Of a DNA stretch of 64,000 bases, positions 29,752 to 39,461 are shown piece by piece. The position numbers and the translations under genes are program-made. The notes beneath the pieces were generated by a model. The model searched no databases, had not been told where the DNA came from, and saw only the letters and a list, made by a program, of their open reading frames with translations. The DNA is taken from the IMG/VR virus record IMGVR_UViG_3300027963_005227, positions 1 through 64,000 of that record; one strand, given 5' to 3'. Origin of the DNA: an uncultured virus (IMG/VR IMGVR_UViG_3300027963_005227) (lineage: Duplodnaviria; Heunggongvirae; Uroviricota; Caudoviricetes). Positions within the stretch are counted from its first letter, which is position 1; every line of letters begins with the position of its first letter.

Positions 29752-30708
29752 ATGAAAATTTGTTTAGTAGCGCCTGGAATTATGCCTATTCCCCCAGATA
29801 CTTGGGGGGCTGTAGAAATGATGTTATGGGATTATTATAATATTTTAATAAAAAATAATATAGATGTTGATATTATTAATAGCCCATCTAGACTTGAAAT
29901 TCTTCAAAAAGTAAACTCAGGAAATTATGATGTAGTGCATATTCATTACGATGTATTTATTGATATTATTAATAGCATTCATTCAAAAGTAAAAATTATA
30001 TCAAGTCATTATCCATTTATTAATAATCCAAATCATTATCAAAATGATGGATATGATAGACTTATAAATCAAATTGCTAATAATAAAGATTTTCATATTT
30101 TTGCATCCTCTCAAAAAGATATTGATACTTTTATAAATTTTGGAGCGAAAAAAGAAAATACATTTTTAAGTAAATTAGGCGTAAGACATGAGCCATATTC
30201 TTTTTATGAAAAAGCAGAGTATGATAAAACTTTATGTTTTTCACAAATTGTTGATAGGAAAAGGCAGTATATAATCCAAGAGATTGAAAATATTGATTTT
30301 ATGGGAAGGATATCTGATTCAAAATTTTATAATTATAAAAATTATAAAGGAGAAGTCGCTAGAGAGTTTTTGAATCAAGAAATTTCTAAATATTCTAACT
30401 TTATTTTAATTAGTTCTATTGAAAATACTACACCATTAGCCCCAAAAGAAGCTTTAATGTGTGGATTAGGATTGGTTATTACTGAGTCGGTCGCCCACGA
30501 ATTAGATACAAGTTTAGATTTTATTGATATAATACCTGAAAATAAAATAAATGATCTTGACTTTATTAAAAAAATAATTGATAAAAATAAAAAAATATCA
30601 ATAAATAAAAGACAAGAAATTAGGAAATATGCTATTGATAATTTTGGTCTTGAAAGTATTTTGATGAATTCTTATATTAAAAAAATAAAAAATCTTTTAA
30701 AATTATAA
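29752..30708 (+). CDS. GT4-like glycosyltransferase
   Basis: PG.MPIPP..WGAVE, HYD, RKRQ and E..PL..KEAL.CGL motifs. Confidence 0.8.
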   Translation: MKICLVAPGIMPIPPDTWGAVEMMLWDYYNILIKNNIDVDIINSPSRLEILQKVNSGNYDVVHIHYDVFIDIINSIHSKVKIISSHYPFINNPNHYQNDGYDRLINQIANNKDFHIFASSQKDIDTFINFGAKKENTFLSKLGVRHEPYSFYEKAEYDKTLCFSQIVDRKRQYIIQEIENIDFMGRISDSKFYNYKNYKGEVAREFLNQEISKYSNFILISSIENTTPLAPKEALMCGLGLVITESVAHELDTSLDFIDIIPENKINDLDFIKKIIDKNKKISINKRQEIRKYAIDNFGLESILMNSYIKKIKNLLKL

Positions 30709-30741
30709 AATTATATACAAAATAAAAGTTAAATTTTTAAT

Positions 30742-31683
30742 ATGAAAATATCTATTATCGGTCCTGGATTTATGAGTATACCCCCAGTTGGTTGGGGCGC
30801 AGTTGAATCTTTAATTTGGGATTATACTGAGAATTTAAAAAAATATGGACACGATGTTCAAATAGTTAATACTTACAATCTTCAAGAAATTGTAGATTCA
30901 GTTAATTCTTTTGATCCTGATTTTGTGCATATGCAATATGATGATTATGCATTTTTAATGCCATACATTCAATGCAAAAGAAAAGCATTGACTACTCACT
31001 ACGCTTATACAGAACAATATGAAAAGCATCCTGAATATCATGGAATTCTACATGAAATTATTAATGGAAATTTTTATGTCTTTTGTTTATCTGAAAATAT
31101 AAAAAATACATATTTAAAATTAGGCGTTGCAAATGATAGATTATTTATCACTCCAAATGGAGCAAGAGAAGATTTGTTTATATTTAAAGAAGAATGCGAA
31201 CGCAAAGATAAATCTATTTATTTAGCTAAAATAGATTATAGAAAACGCCAATTTTTATTTCAAAATATAAAATCTTTATATTTTGCTGGAAACTTATCTG
31301 ACGATAGGTTTGATAGTAATAATATTAATTATTTAGGAGAATGGAATAAAGATTTTCTTTATTCTAATTTAACAAACTATGCAAATTTAATATTACTTAG
31401 CGATGGAGAAGCTGATCCATTAGTTACTAAAGAGGCTTTAATGGCAGGATTAGGTTTAGTTATATCAGAATATTCTACAGCTAATTTAGATTTATCATTA
31501 CCATTTATTGATGTAATATCTGAAAATAAAATAAATGATATAGAGTATATTGAAAATATTATTAAAAGCAATAGAAAAAAATCAATTAAAATGAGAAAAG
31601 AAATAAAAAAATATGCTATTGATAATTTTAGTTGGAATATTATTATAAAAGAATATCTTAATTTAATTAATTTATTAAAATAA
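30742..31683 (+). CDS. GT4-like glycosyltransferase (paralog of 29752..30708)
   Basis: PG.MSIPP.GWGAVE, QYD, RKRQ and EADPLV.KEAL.AGL motifs. Confidence 0.8.
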   Translation: MKISIIGPGFMSIPPVGWGAVESLIWDYTENLKKYGHDVQIVNTYNLQEIVDSVNSFDPDFVHMQYDDYAFLMPYIQCKRKALTTHYAYTEQYEKHPEYHGILHEIINGNFYVFCLSENIKNTYLKLGVANDRLFITPNGAREDLFIFKEECERKDKSIYLAKIDYRKRQFLFQNIKSLYFAGNLSDDRFDSNNINYLGEWNKDFLYSNLTNYANLILLSDGEADPLVTKEALMAGLGLVISEYSTANLDLSLPFIDVISENKINDIEYIENIIKSNRKKSIKMRKEIKKYAIDNFSWNIIIKEYLNLINLLK

Positions 31684-31684
31684 A

Positions 31685-32800
31685 ATGGAAATTCTCAAAG
31701 AAAAATATATAGGAAAAAAAATAGATCATATGAATATTTTAAATATTGAAGAGGCAATAAAATTTTCTTCTGAAAAAAAGTCAATTATTGTTACTGGCGT
31801 AACTGGGCAGGATGGAAGTCACATGGTTGATTATCTTTTAGCTAATACAGATTATGAAATTTTTGGATGCGTTCGTAGGCTTAGCGTCTATAACCATAAA
31901 AATATTTCTCACATCAATAATGAAAGATTTCATTTAATTAATTTTGATCTTATCGACAGTCATTCTATTGCTAGAATTATTGAAAAAATTAAACCAGACT
32001 ATTTTATTAACTTGGCTGCTCAAAGTTTTGTTGGTAGTAGTTGGGATTTTGCAAGACAAACATGGGAAACTAATTCTACTTCCACTTTGAATATTTTAGA
32101 ATCAATAAGGCTCTATCATCCAACTTGTAGATTTTATCAAGCTGGTTCTTCAGAAGAGTTTGGAGATGTATCGTACAGTCCTCAAGACGAACTTCATCCA
32201 CTGCGCCCTAGAAGTCCATATGGAGCGTCTAAAACAGCTTCTAGGCAGCTAGTTAAGGTGTGGAGAGACTCTTATAATCTCTACGCAGTACAGGGGTGGC
32301 TATTCAATCACGAAGGCACTCGCAGGGGAGAAGAATTTGTAACTAGAAAAATTACAAAAGCGGTTACTCGTATCAAAAATGCTATTAATAATGAAGTGCC
32401 TTATAATATTCTTGAGCTTGGTAACTTAGACGCTAAAAGAGACTGGAGTGATGCTGAAGATTTTGTAGAGGGAATTTGGCTCATGCTGAATCAAGAATCT
32501 CCCAAAGAGTATGTTTTATCATCTAATGAAACGCACTCTATTAGAGAATTTGTTGAATTGGCATTTAAGGAAGTCGGAATTAGTGGGTATTGGCATGGAG
32601 AGGGAATCAATGAAAATTATATTGACAAAAATAGCGGACGAGTATTAGTAGCAATTAATTCTAAATTTTATCGACCTGCCGAAGTTGAACTTCTTTGGGG
32701 AGATTCTACAAAAGCTCGCACAGAACTAAACTGGATTCCAAAAACATCTTTTGAAAATCTAGTCAGCAAGATGGTATCAAATGACCTTGACGAACTTTAA
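31685..32800 (+). CDS. gmd: GDP-mannose 4,6-dehydratase
   Basis: TGVTGQDGS, NLAAQSFV, RFYQA.SSE, PRSPYG, FNHE..RG.EFVTRKIT, GNLDAKRDW and RPAEV motifs. Confidence 0.95.
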   Translation: MEILKEKYIGKKIDHMNILNIEEAIKFSSEKKSIIVTGVTGQDGSHMVDYLLANTDYEIFGCVRRLSVYNHKNISHINNERFHLINFDLIDSHSIARIIEKIKPDYFINLAAQSFVGSSWDFARQTWETNSTSTLNILESIRLYHPTCRFYQAGSSEEFGDVSYSPQDELHPLRPRSPYGASKTASRQLVKVWRDSYNLYAVQGWLFNHEGTRRGEEFVTRKITKAVTRIKNAINNEVPYNILELGNLDAKRDWSDAEDFVEGIWLMLNQESPKEYVLSSNETHSIREFVELAFKEVGISGYWHGEGINENYIDKNSGRVLVAINSKFYRPAEVELLWGDSTKARTELNWIPKTSFENLVSKMVSNDLDEL

Positions 32801-32814
32801 GACTGTTGTATAAT
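32787..32814 (+). promoter_or_regulatory. Sigma70-type promoter, probably leaderless
   Basis: TTGACG-16-TATAAT, with ATG 5 nt later. Confidence 0.7.
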
Positions 32815-32819
32815 GGTGA

Positions 32820-33194
32820 ATGCCTGCTAAAAAGACTAAGCCAAAATCTCAAAAAAAAGTCAACAAAAAGAAAATCCTCATAAGATTGGTGCTTATTCCC
32901 GCAAAGGATAAGCGCCTTTTTTATATGCGAGAAATGCACTTTTTGAATATTTTATGCGAGAGATATTCTGAAGAGTTCATGGAAGTTGCTTCTTTTGACA
33001 AGCAGTTTGATTCTTTAGCATATCTAGTTAGCGAAAAGCTTAAAGAGACGTTGGATCAAAAGTTCAGAGCTTTTAACTTTACCGTTGACACTTCAAGGTA
33101 TGAGAGTTATGATCTAGGCGATAAGTGTGATTCTGATGCATCTATCATTAATAAAACTAAAACCATCAAAGACTTCCTAAATGAGCAAAATTAA
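32820..33194 (+). CDS. Hypothetical protein
   Basis: ORF behind a strong promoter, overlapping the recA start. Confidence 0.65.
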   Translation: MPAKKTKPKSQKKVNKKKILIRLVLIPAKDKRLFYMREMHFLNILCERYSEEFMEVASFDKQFDSLAYLVSEKLKETLDQKFRAFNFTVDTSRYESYDLGDKCDSDASIINKTKTIKDFLNEQN

Positions 33195-34323
33195 AGATAA
33201 AGATAAAGAAGTTGTAAAATCATCTGATGTTCTTGGATCATTCCTAAAACAAAATTCTGAAGATCACTATAATTTTGAAGAAGAAATTGACTATAAAGTT
33301 TCTAGCGGATCGCTTCAGTTAGATTTGCATTTAGATGGAGGATTAGGACCAGGACTACATAGATTTTGCGGTCCAAATGAAACTGGAAAAACATCGTGCG
33401 CTCTTTCATTCATGAAGGGATTCTTAGATAATGGAGTTAATCGAAAAGGTTTTTACATCAAAGCTGAAGGTCGCCTATCTAAACAAATGAGAGAAAGATC
33501 AGGAATTAAATTTGTCTTCTCTGCTGAAGAATGGGTTGATGGAACTTGTTTTGTATTTGAAACAAATATTTATGAAACTGCTGTTGATGCTATGCGTCAA
33601 CTAGTTGGCAAAAATGATGAAAGTAAATTCTACTTTTTCCTCCTAGACTCTGTTGATGGACTCATCTCTAAAGGAGATTTAGACAAGGGATTTGAAGATA
33701 GTAATAAAGTTGCTGGTGGAGCAGTGATTGCTGGCAACTTTATGAAGCGAATGTCAATCTCTCTATGCAAGAGAGGCCACTTAGCAATTTTCATTAGTCA
33801 AGTTCGAGCAGATATCAAACTTGATCCATACTCTAAAGCTCCAGTACGCCAAACTTCTGCCACTGGCGGCAATGCACTACTTCACTTTGCAAATTGGATT
33901 CTTGAATTTGAACCAAGATTCAAGGGAGATCTTATTCTCAAAAACCCCAACATTGATAAAATTGATTTAATTAATAATCCAATCATTGGTCACTTTGCGA
34001 AAGCTACAGTGAAGAAGTCTCCCAATGAAAAGACAAACTTAACAATTCCATATCCTATTAAATATGGAAGAACTAATGGCAATTCAATTTGGATTGAAAA
34101 AGAAATCGTTGATATGCTTTATGCATGGGAGTTCATTTCTCGCAAAGGATCTTGGATTAACGTCTCAGACGAGTTTCGACAATTAGTGCTTGAAGAAACA
34201 GCTATCATAATTCCTGAAAAAATTCAAGGTGCTGATAATTTATTCTTTTTTATTGAAAATGATGCTAAACTTGCAGCTTTCTTAATTAAATATTTTAAGA
34301 AGCTCATCAATAATGAAGTTTAA
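33181..34323 (+). CDS. recA: RecA/UvsX-like recombinase
   Basis: SSGSL.LD..L.GG, GPNETGKT, LLDSV, ISQVR and GGNAL.H motifs. Confidence 0.9.
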   Translation: MSKIKDKDKEVVKSSDVLGSFLKQNSEDHYNFEEEIDYKVSSGSLQLDLHLDGGLGPGLHRFCGPNETGKTSCALSFMKGFLDNGVNRKGFYIKAEGRLSKQMRERSGIKFVFSAEEWVDGTCFVFETNIYETAVDAMRQLVGKNDESKFYFFLLDSVDGLISKGDLDKGFEDSNKVAGGAVIAGNFMKRMSISLCKRGHLAIFISQVRADIKLDPYSKAPVRQTSATGGNALLHFANWILEFEPRFKGDLILKNPNIDKIDLINNPIIGHFAKATVKKSPNEKTNLTIPYPIKYGRTNGNSIWIEKEIVDMLYAWEFISRKGSWINVSDEFRQLVLEETAIIIPEKIQGADNLFFFIENDAKLAAFLIKYFKKLINNEV

Positions 34324-34720
34324 AAACATCAATGGCAATCCATCATTTTTAAAAAATTCCAAGAAGTATCTCATTGATTGGGAAGTTGATAGCCGTAGCA
34401 AATTCCAAACAACTGTTAAAAACTTTTTAAAACTTTATTGGCAAAATGATAGAGTTTTTGAAGAAATGCGCGTTGTTGGAACAGCTTTATCTTTAGACTT
34501 CTACAATTACAATAAAAAAGTTGCTGTTGAAGTTCAAGGTTTGCAGCATACTCAATATGTTAAATTCTTTCATAGAAATAAACTTCAATATTTAAAACAA
34601 TTAAAAAGAGATGACAAAAAGTTAAAGTTTTGCGAAGTAAATGAAATAATTTTAATAGAAATTTACCCCAAAGATGTTCTCAATAAAGAGTTATTTTTGA
34701 ATTTTGGAGTAGAACTATAA
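34313..34720 (+). CDS. Vsr/DUF559-like PD-(D/E)XK endonuclease
   Basis: LDFY....VAVEVQG.QH and RD..K...C..N.I.LIEI motifs. Confidence 0.75.
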   Translation: MKFKNINGNPSFLKNSKKYLIDWEVDSRSKFQTTVKNFLKLYWQNDRVFEEMRVVGTALSLDFYNYNKKVAVEVQGLQHTQYVKFFHRNKLQYLKQLKRDDKKLKFCEVNEIILIEIYPKDVLNKELFLNFGVEL

Positions 34721-34728
34721 ATCAATCA

Positions 34729-34757
34729 TTGACAAAATCAATAGTCTCTCGTATACA
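34729..34757 (+). promoter_or_regulatory. Sigma70-type promoter for dnaB, probably leaderless
   Basis: TTGACA-17-TATACA, with ATG 5 nt later. Confidence 0.55.
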
Positions 34758-34762
34758 CATAT

Positions 34763-37357
34763 ATGATCTACGATTATGAATTAGAAAAACAATTACTTGC
34801 AGCTTTAATCAAAGAGCCAGATGATTATTGTGAGATTTCTAATTTTATCAACTCTAGAGATTTTTATTCTGAGAATACTAATTTACACTCTTCAATCTTT
34901 TCAATCATCAAACAAGCTATTGATAAGAGCGAAGGAATTGACGAGGTTATTATTGCTCAGAGAGTAAATTCTCTAGGATTATCTTTTGAGGATAATGTTA
35001 ATCCATCTGATTATATTAGATCTTTAGGAATGCGAAAAGTTCCCAAAGGAAACCTAATTAAAACAGCCAGGGAGTTAAAAAAATACACAGTACGTAGAGA
35101 AATCTACGAGTCTGCTCGCGAAGTCGCCAAGAAAATGAAGGGCATTAGTCCTGATTCAACTTACACAGACATCATTTCTCAAGCAGATCAAATCTATAAT
35201 TCTCGTATTAATTTATATGAATTAGGAAATGATACTCCAGAAAATATTTACGAAGAGATGGAAGCTCTCGTTGAGGAGAGGGGAAACAATCCCGTTGTGG
35301 AATTCGGCATGATGGGTCCACATAAAAAAGTAAATCAAATCTACGGATCTCTTCTTCGCCCTGGCAATATCACTGTGATTGTTGCTAGAAGTGGCGTTGG
35401 TAAAATGAATCCATTATATACTAAAGTCTTAACTCCAAATGGATTCGTTGAGATGAGAGATATTTTAGTTGGATCTGAAATTGTATGTCCAAATGGCAAA
35501 ACTTCAAAAGTCCTTAAAACATTCGATCATCAACAAAAAGATATCTATCGCGTTACTTTTGAAGACGGAAGATTCTCCGATTGTGGTTTAGATCACTTGT
35601 GGAAAATTTATACAAGAAATAATAAAGGATTATATCATTGGGAAGTATCTGATACTCAAAAGATAATTAATGACCTATCTCAAAAAAGTAAAAAAGTATT
35701 TATTCCATTAGTATCTGAAATCAATTCTATAGATAAGGAGTTTCTCTTAGATCCATATATTGTGGGAGCTTTAATTGGCGATGGCTGTTTGAGAGATGGT
35801 TTTGTTATAGAATCAGCTGATAGTTTTATTCCTAATAAAATTGAAAAGCTTTTAAAAGAAGACTGCGAAGTTTCAATTAGAGAAAGCTCGAAAAGCCAGT
35901 CTAAAACTTATAGATTTTTTACTTCAAAAGGGGGATCTTTTAAAAATCCACTCATAGAGCATTTAAAAGATTTAAATCTTTATGGTAAATTATCTTATGA
36001 TAAATTTATTCCAGAAGAGTATTTCTACGGATCTTTTAATCAGCGTTTAGATCTTCTGCAAGGTTTAATGGATACAGATGGAACTTTGAGCAAAAGCAGG
36101 GGAAGAAATGGAGATTCATGTAGCTATGGAGGATTAAGCTACTCTACATCTAGCAAACAATTATCAACAGATATCCAGCGCTTGATCTGGAGTCTCGGAG
36201 GAAAAGCTAAAATCTCCGAAAGAATTTCAACATATAAAAATAAAGATGGAGAAAAAGTCAATGGAGCTATTTCTTATAGTGTTAGAATTAGAATGCCAAA
36301 TCCAAAAGATGCATTTTCTCTTCCAAGAAAGAAAGATTTGGCTCTAAGTAAAGAAAATTATCAATACTCTAATCTAAAACTAAGAATATCTAATATCGAA
36401 AAATTAGAAAATAAAGAAGATTGCCGCTGTATTGAAATTGAGGATGGCGAACATTTATATATTATCGATGAGTTTATTGTTACTCATAATACTCAATTTT
36501 GCATGGATTACAGTACCAAGGTTGCTGTTAAATATAGCATTCCAGTATTGCACTTCGACAATGGAGAAATGAGCAAAGAAGAACTCATTATGCGGCAATG
36601 TGCTGCACTCTCTGGAGTTCCCATGCATTTGATTGAAACTGGCAACTGGCGCAAAGCTGGACAAGAAGTGGTTGATAAAATTAGATCAGTCTGGAGCCAA
36701 GTTAAAAATCTCCAGTTCTACTACTACAATGTTGGTGGCATGGATGTTGATAGTATGATTAAAACTCTCAAGCGTTTTTATTATGGAAAAGTTGGTCGAG
36801 GCAATAGAATGATCTTCTCGTTTGACTATATTAAAACTACTTCCGAATCTGGAGGAGGAAAGAATGAGTGGCAAGTTGTTGGTGAGATGGTGGATAAATT
36901 TAAAAAGTGCGTTCAAAAGGAAATCTTGTATGATGGAAATCCCATCATTCCCATGATCACTTCAGTTCAATCTAACAGAAGTGGAATTACAAACAACCGA
37001 AACTCCTCTAATGTTATTGATGATGAAAGTGTAGTTTCTCTTTCTGATCGAATTACTCAGTTTTGCTCTCACATGTTTATTCTTAGAAACAAAACTGCTG
37101 ATGAAATTGAATCTGAAGGTCGTAATTTTGGAACTCATAAACTCATCAACGTTAAAGCTAGACATCTTGGTCAAGATATTGCTGGAGCAGTTGAGCCTAT
37201 TAGAATTGGAGATGCTCTTAGAAAAAATTTCATCAATTTAGATTTCAAAAACTTCTCCATTAGCGAGCGAGGTGATCTTCGTGATATTGCTAATTCAATG
37301 GATACAAATGGAGAATTAGAAACCGATGAAGACGATGACCTGCCAAGTTTCCGTTGA
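34763..37357 (+). CDS. dnaB: Replicative DNA helicase, intein-containing
   Basis: N-domain E..LLA.L; ARSGVGK|T Walker A; EMS, FDYI and Q.NR motifs. Confidence 0.92.
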   Translation: MIYDYELEKQLLAALIKEPDDYCEISNFINSRDFYSENTNLHSSIFSIIKQAIDKSEGIDEVIIAQRVNSLGLSFEDNVNPSDYIRSLGMRKVPKGNLIKTARELKKYTVRREIYESAREVAKKMKGISPDSTYTDIISQADQIYNSRINLYELGNDTPENIYEEMEALVEERGNNPVVEFGMMGPHKKVNQIYGSLLRPGNITVIVARSGVGKMNPLYTKVLTPNGFVEMRDILVGSEIVCPNGKTSKVLKTFDHQQKDIYRVTFEDGRFSDCGLDHLWKIYTRNNKGLYHWEVSDTQKIINDLSQKSKKVFIPLVSEINSIDKEFLLDPYIVGALIGDGCLRDGFVIESADSFIPNKIEKLLKEDCEVSIRESSKSQSKTYRFFTSKGGSFKNPLIEHLKDLNLYGKLSYDKFIPEEYFYGSFNQRLDLLQGLMDTDGTLSKSRGRNGDSCSYGGLSYSTSSKQLSTDIQRLIWSLGGKAKISERISTYKNKDGEKVNGAISYSVRIRMPNPKDAFSLPRKKDLALSKENYQYSNLKLRISNIEKLENKEDCRCIEIEDGEHLYIIDEFIVTHNTQFCMDYSTKVAVKYSIPVLHFDNGEMSKEELIMRQCAALSGVPMHLIETGNWRKAGQEVVDKIRSVWSQVKNLQFYYYNVGGMDVDSMIKTLKRFYYGKVGRGNRMIFSFDYIKTTSESGGGKNEWQVVGEMVDKFKKCVQKEILYDGNPIIPMITSVQSNRSGITNNRNSSNVIDDESVVSLSDRITQFCSHMFILRNKTADEIESEGRNFGTHKLINVKARHLGQDIAGAVEPIRIGDALRKNFINLDFKNFSISERGDLRDIANSMDTNGELETDEDDDLPSFR
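35405..36490 (+). mobile_element. Intein (362 aa) in the DnaB P-loop; Met1, class-3 WCT signature, LAGLIDADG endonuclease
   Basis: GK|MNPLYTKVLTPNG...DHLW...CRCIEI...IVTHN|T. LAGLIDADG motifs VGALIGDG and LQGLMDTDG. Confidence 0.92.
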
Positions 37358-38399
37358 TCCCAATCAAATCAAAAACACTCTAGAATCTGTTGGTTACAAG
37401 CTAATGGATTTTGGAAATCACTGGAGAACCAGCGCTCTATATAGAGGAGGAGATAATTCTACTTCTATTAGAATCTATAAAAATACTGGAGTGTGGACAG
37501 ATTTTGTATCTGGTTCTCAATCTTTTCCACTAGAAAAACTATTGCAATTAACAGTCTGTGGAGATAAAAAAAAACTCAACAAGATTCTTGATTCTTTAAA
37601 TAAATCAGAAGACTTTTTTTATGAGCCTAAACAATTAATCGAAATGGAACGAATCTACCCAGACTCAATATTAGAGAAACTATTTCCTAATTATTCTTTT
37701 TATACTAAGAAGAATTATAAAGAATCAACTCTCAAATTTTATAAAACTGGATTTGCTGGTGAAGGTAAAATGTATCGCCGCATGGTGTTTCCAATTTATA
37801 ATGATAACTCTCAAATCATTGGATTTAGCGGTAGAAAAATTGATGTTGCTGATAAGATTCCCAAATGGAAGCATTTAGGTCAGAGAAAAAATTGGATTTA
37901 TCCAGCACATATTCCCGCAGCTAAAACAGTAGATTCTTGGATAAAGGAAAAAGAAGAAGTGATCTTAGTAGAGAGTATTGGAGATAGCATGGCTCTTTAC
38001 GAAAACAATATTACCAATAACCTTGTAACTTTTGGACTAGGAGTGAGTTCCGCAATTATTAGTTATTTAAACTCTTTCCAACTAAAGAAAATAATTATAT
38101 CCACAAACAATGACTTTGAATCTTCAATTAATCATGGATACAATGGAGCAATTAAAATTTTACTTTCTTTGATCAAATATTTTAACTTTGATCAGATTGA
38201 AATTCGCCTTCCTCCAAAACCATATAATGATTTTTCAGATGCTCATCAAGACAAGTATAATTTACAATCTTGGCGTAAACAAGAAATAGATCGTAAAAAG
38301 TATATTGAGAATTTAAAATACTACATTCACAATAATAAAACAGTCTTTAAGCAAAAAGATGTAGAGTCTTTGATGAAAATTTTTAAAAATTATGACTGA
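37326..38399 (+). CDS. DNA primase (DnaG-like Toprim)
   Basis: RMVFPI....IGFSGR, PKW.H, LVES.GD and NND...G...ND motifs. Confidence 0.85.
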   Translation: MKTMTCQVSVDPNQIKNTLESVGYKLMDFGNHWRTSALYRGGDNSTSIRIYKNTGVWTDFVSGSQSFPLEKLLQLTVCGDKKKLNKILDSLNKSEDFFYEPKQLIEMERIYPDSILEKLFPNYSFYTKKNYKESTLKFYKTGFAGEGKMYRRMVFPIYNDNSQIIGFSGRKIDVADKIPKWKHLGQRKNWIYPAHIPAAKTVDSWIKEKEEVILVESIGDSMALYENNITNNLVTFGLGVSSAIISYLNSFQLKKIIISTNNDFESSINHGYNGAIKILLSLIKYFNFDQIEIRLPPKPYNDFSDAHQDKYNLQSWRKQEIDRKKYIENLKYYIHNNKTVFKQKDVESLMKIFKNYD

Positions 38400-39432
38400 A
38401 CCTAAAACTACATTATCTGCAAGTAGAATCAAAACTCTTCAAAGTTGTAGCTGGTTATATTGGTGTAAGTATAAATTAAATCTTCCAGATAAAGGAAACG
38501 ATGGCAGTTCTCGCGGAACTGTTTGTCACTTCATTTTTGAGCTACTGGGCAAATCAAGAAGAGAAAAGATTCATCAATATATTATAGATAATAATGATCC
38601 ATTTTCTCATGGCGCAATCAAACGATTAGTATTAAAACATGCTTTAAAATTACAAGTTGCTGATGAGGAAAATTTAGAGTCTATCAGAATCATGATTTTG
38701 AATGGACTCAAGTATGATTTCTACGGCAGAGCTAATGGATTGATTTCAGAATCTTTTTCAGAGAAAGACTTTGAAATTGTTCGTCAAGATGACAAAGCTG
38801 GAATCTCTTATAAGATCAAAGGATTTATTGATAAATTGTTTTTATATAAAAATGAAAACTTAGCAATTATTCGCGACTTTAAAAGTAGCAAAGAGAAGTT
38901 CAAAGGAAAAGAAATCTCTGATAACTTGCAGGATTACATGTATAACCTTGCAGTTCGCCACATGTTTCCAGAATTCAAAAAGAGAGTTAGTGAATTCTTA
39001 TTTTTAAAGTTTGAGCTAGATCAAAAGCTATTGCAAAAATCTGATGGAGCAGTAGTTATGGATAGAATCAATGAAGATGATTTGGATGGATTCGAGCATC
39101 AGCTAACCTCAATTCAAAAATACATAGATGAACTTTCAGAAATTGATGCTAAGTCTAATTTTGCTAAAAATTCTCCATTTCCCACAGACAAGTCTTTTAG
39201 TGGTCCGCTCCAATGTGGATTTGCTAAATACAAAGGAGAATTAAAAAAAGATGGAAATCCCAAGTGGGCTTGTTCTATGAAGTTTGATTTCTATTATTAT
39301 GTCATTTTAAAAGATGGAAAAGTTACTAAATCATTTTTGGAAGAAGACTTTAGTGAATCTCTAGTGGAGAGCGACCATTCTTTTGAGAAGAGATACTACG
39401 CAGGTTGTCCCGCGCATCTAAAACACTCTTGA
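38392..39432 (+). CDS. PD-(D/E)XK exonuclease (RecB/Cas4-like)
   Basis: LSAS.IK....C, G...H, GFID, DFKS and Q..MY motifs; C-terminal Cys residues. Confidence 0.8.
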   Translation: MTEPKTTLSASRIKTLQSCSWLYWCKYKLNLPDKGNDGSSRGTVCHFIFELLGKSRREKIHQYIIDNNDPFSHGAIKRLVLKHALKLQVADEENLESIRIMILNGLKYDFYGRANGLISESFSEKDFEIVRQDDKAGISYKIKGFIDKLFLYKNENLAIIRDFKSSKEKFKGKEISDNLQDYMYNLAVRHMFPEFKKRVSEFLFLKFELDQKLLQKSDGAVVMDRINEDDLDGFEHQLTSIQKYIDELSEIDAKSNFAKNSPFPTDKSFSGPLQCGFAKYKGELKKDGNPKWACSMKFDFYYYVILKDGKVTKSFLEEDFSESLVESDHSFEKRYYAGCPAHLKHS

Positions 39433-39456
39433 CTTGTTCCGAAGTTGTGCTATCAT
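39429..39456 (+). promoter_or_regulatory. Sigma70-type promoter with extended -10, probably leaderless
   Basis: TTGACT-16-TATCAT with TG just upstream of the -10; ATG 5 nt later. Confidence 0.65.
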
Positions 39457-39461
39457 AGAAG

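Noticed and set aside
38392..39432. Cas4-like gene as part of a CRISPR system
   Set aside because: No repeat-spacer array or other cas genes are present; the context is replication and recombination.
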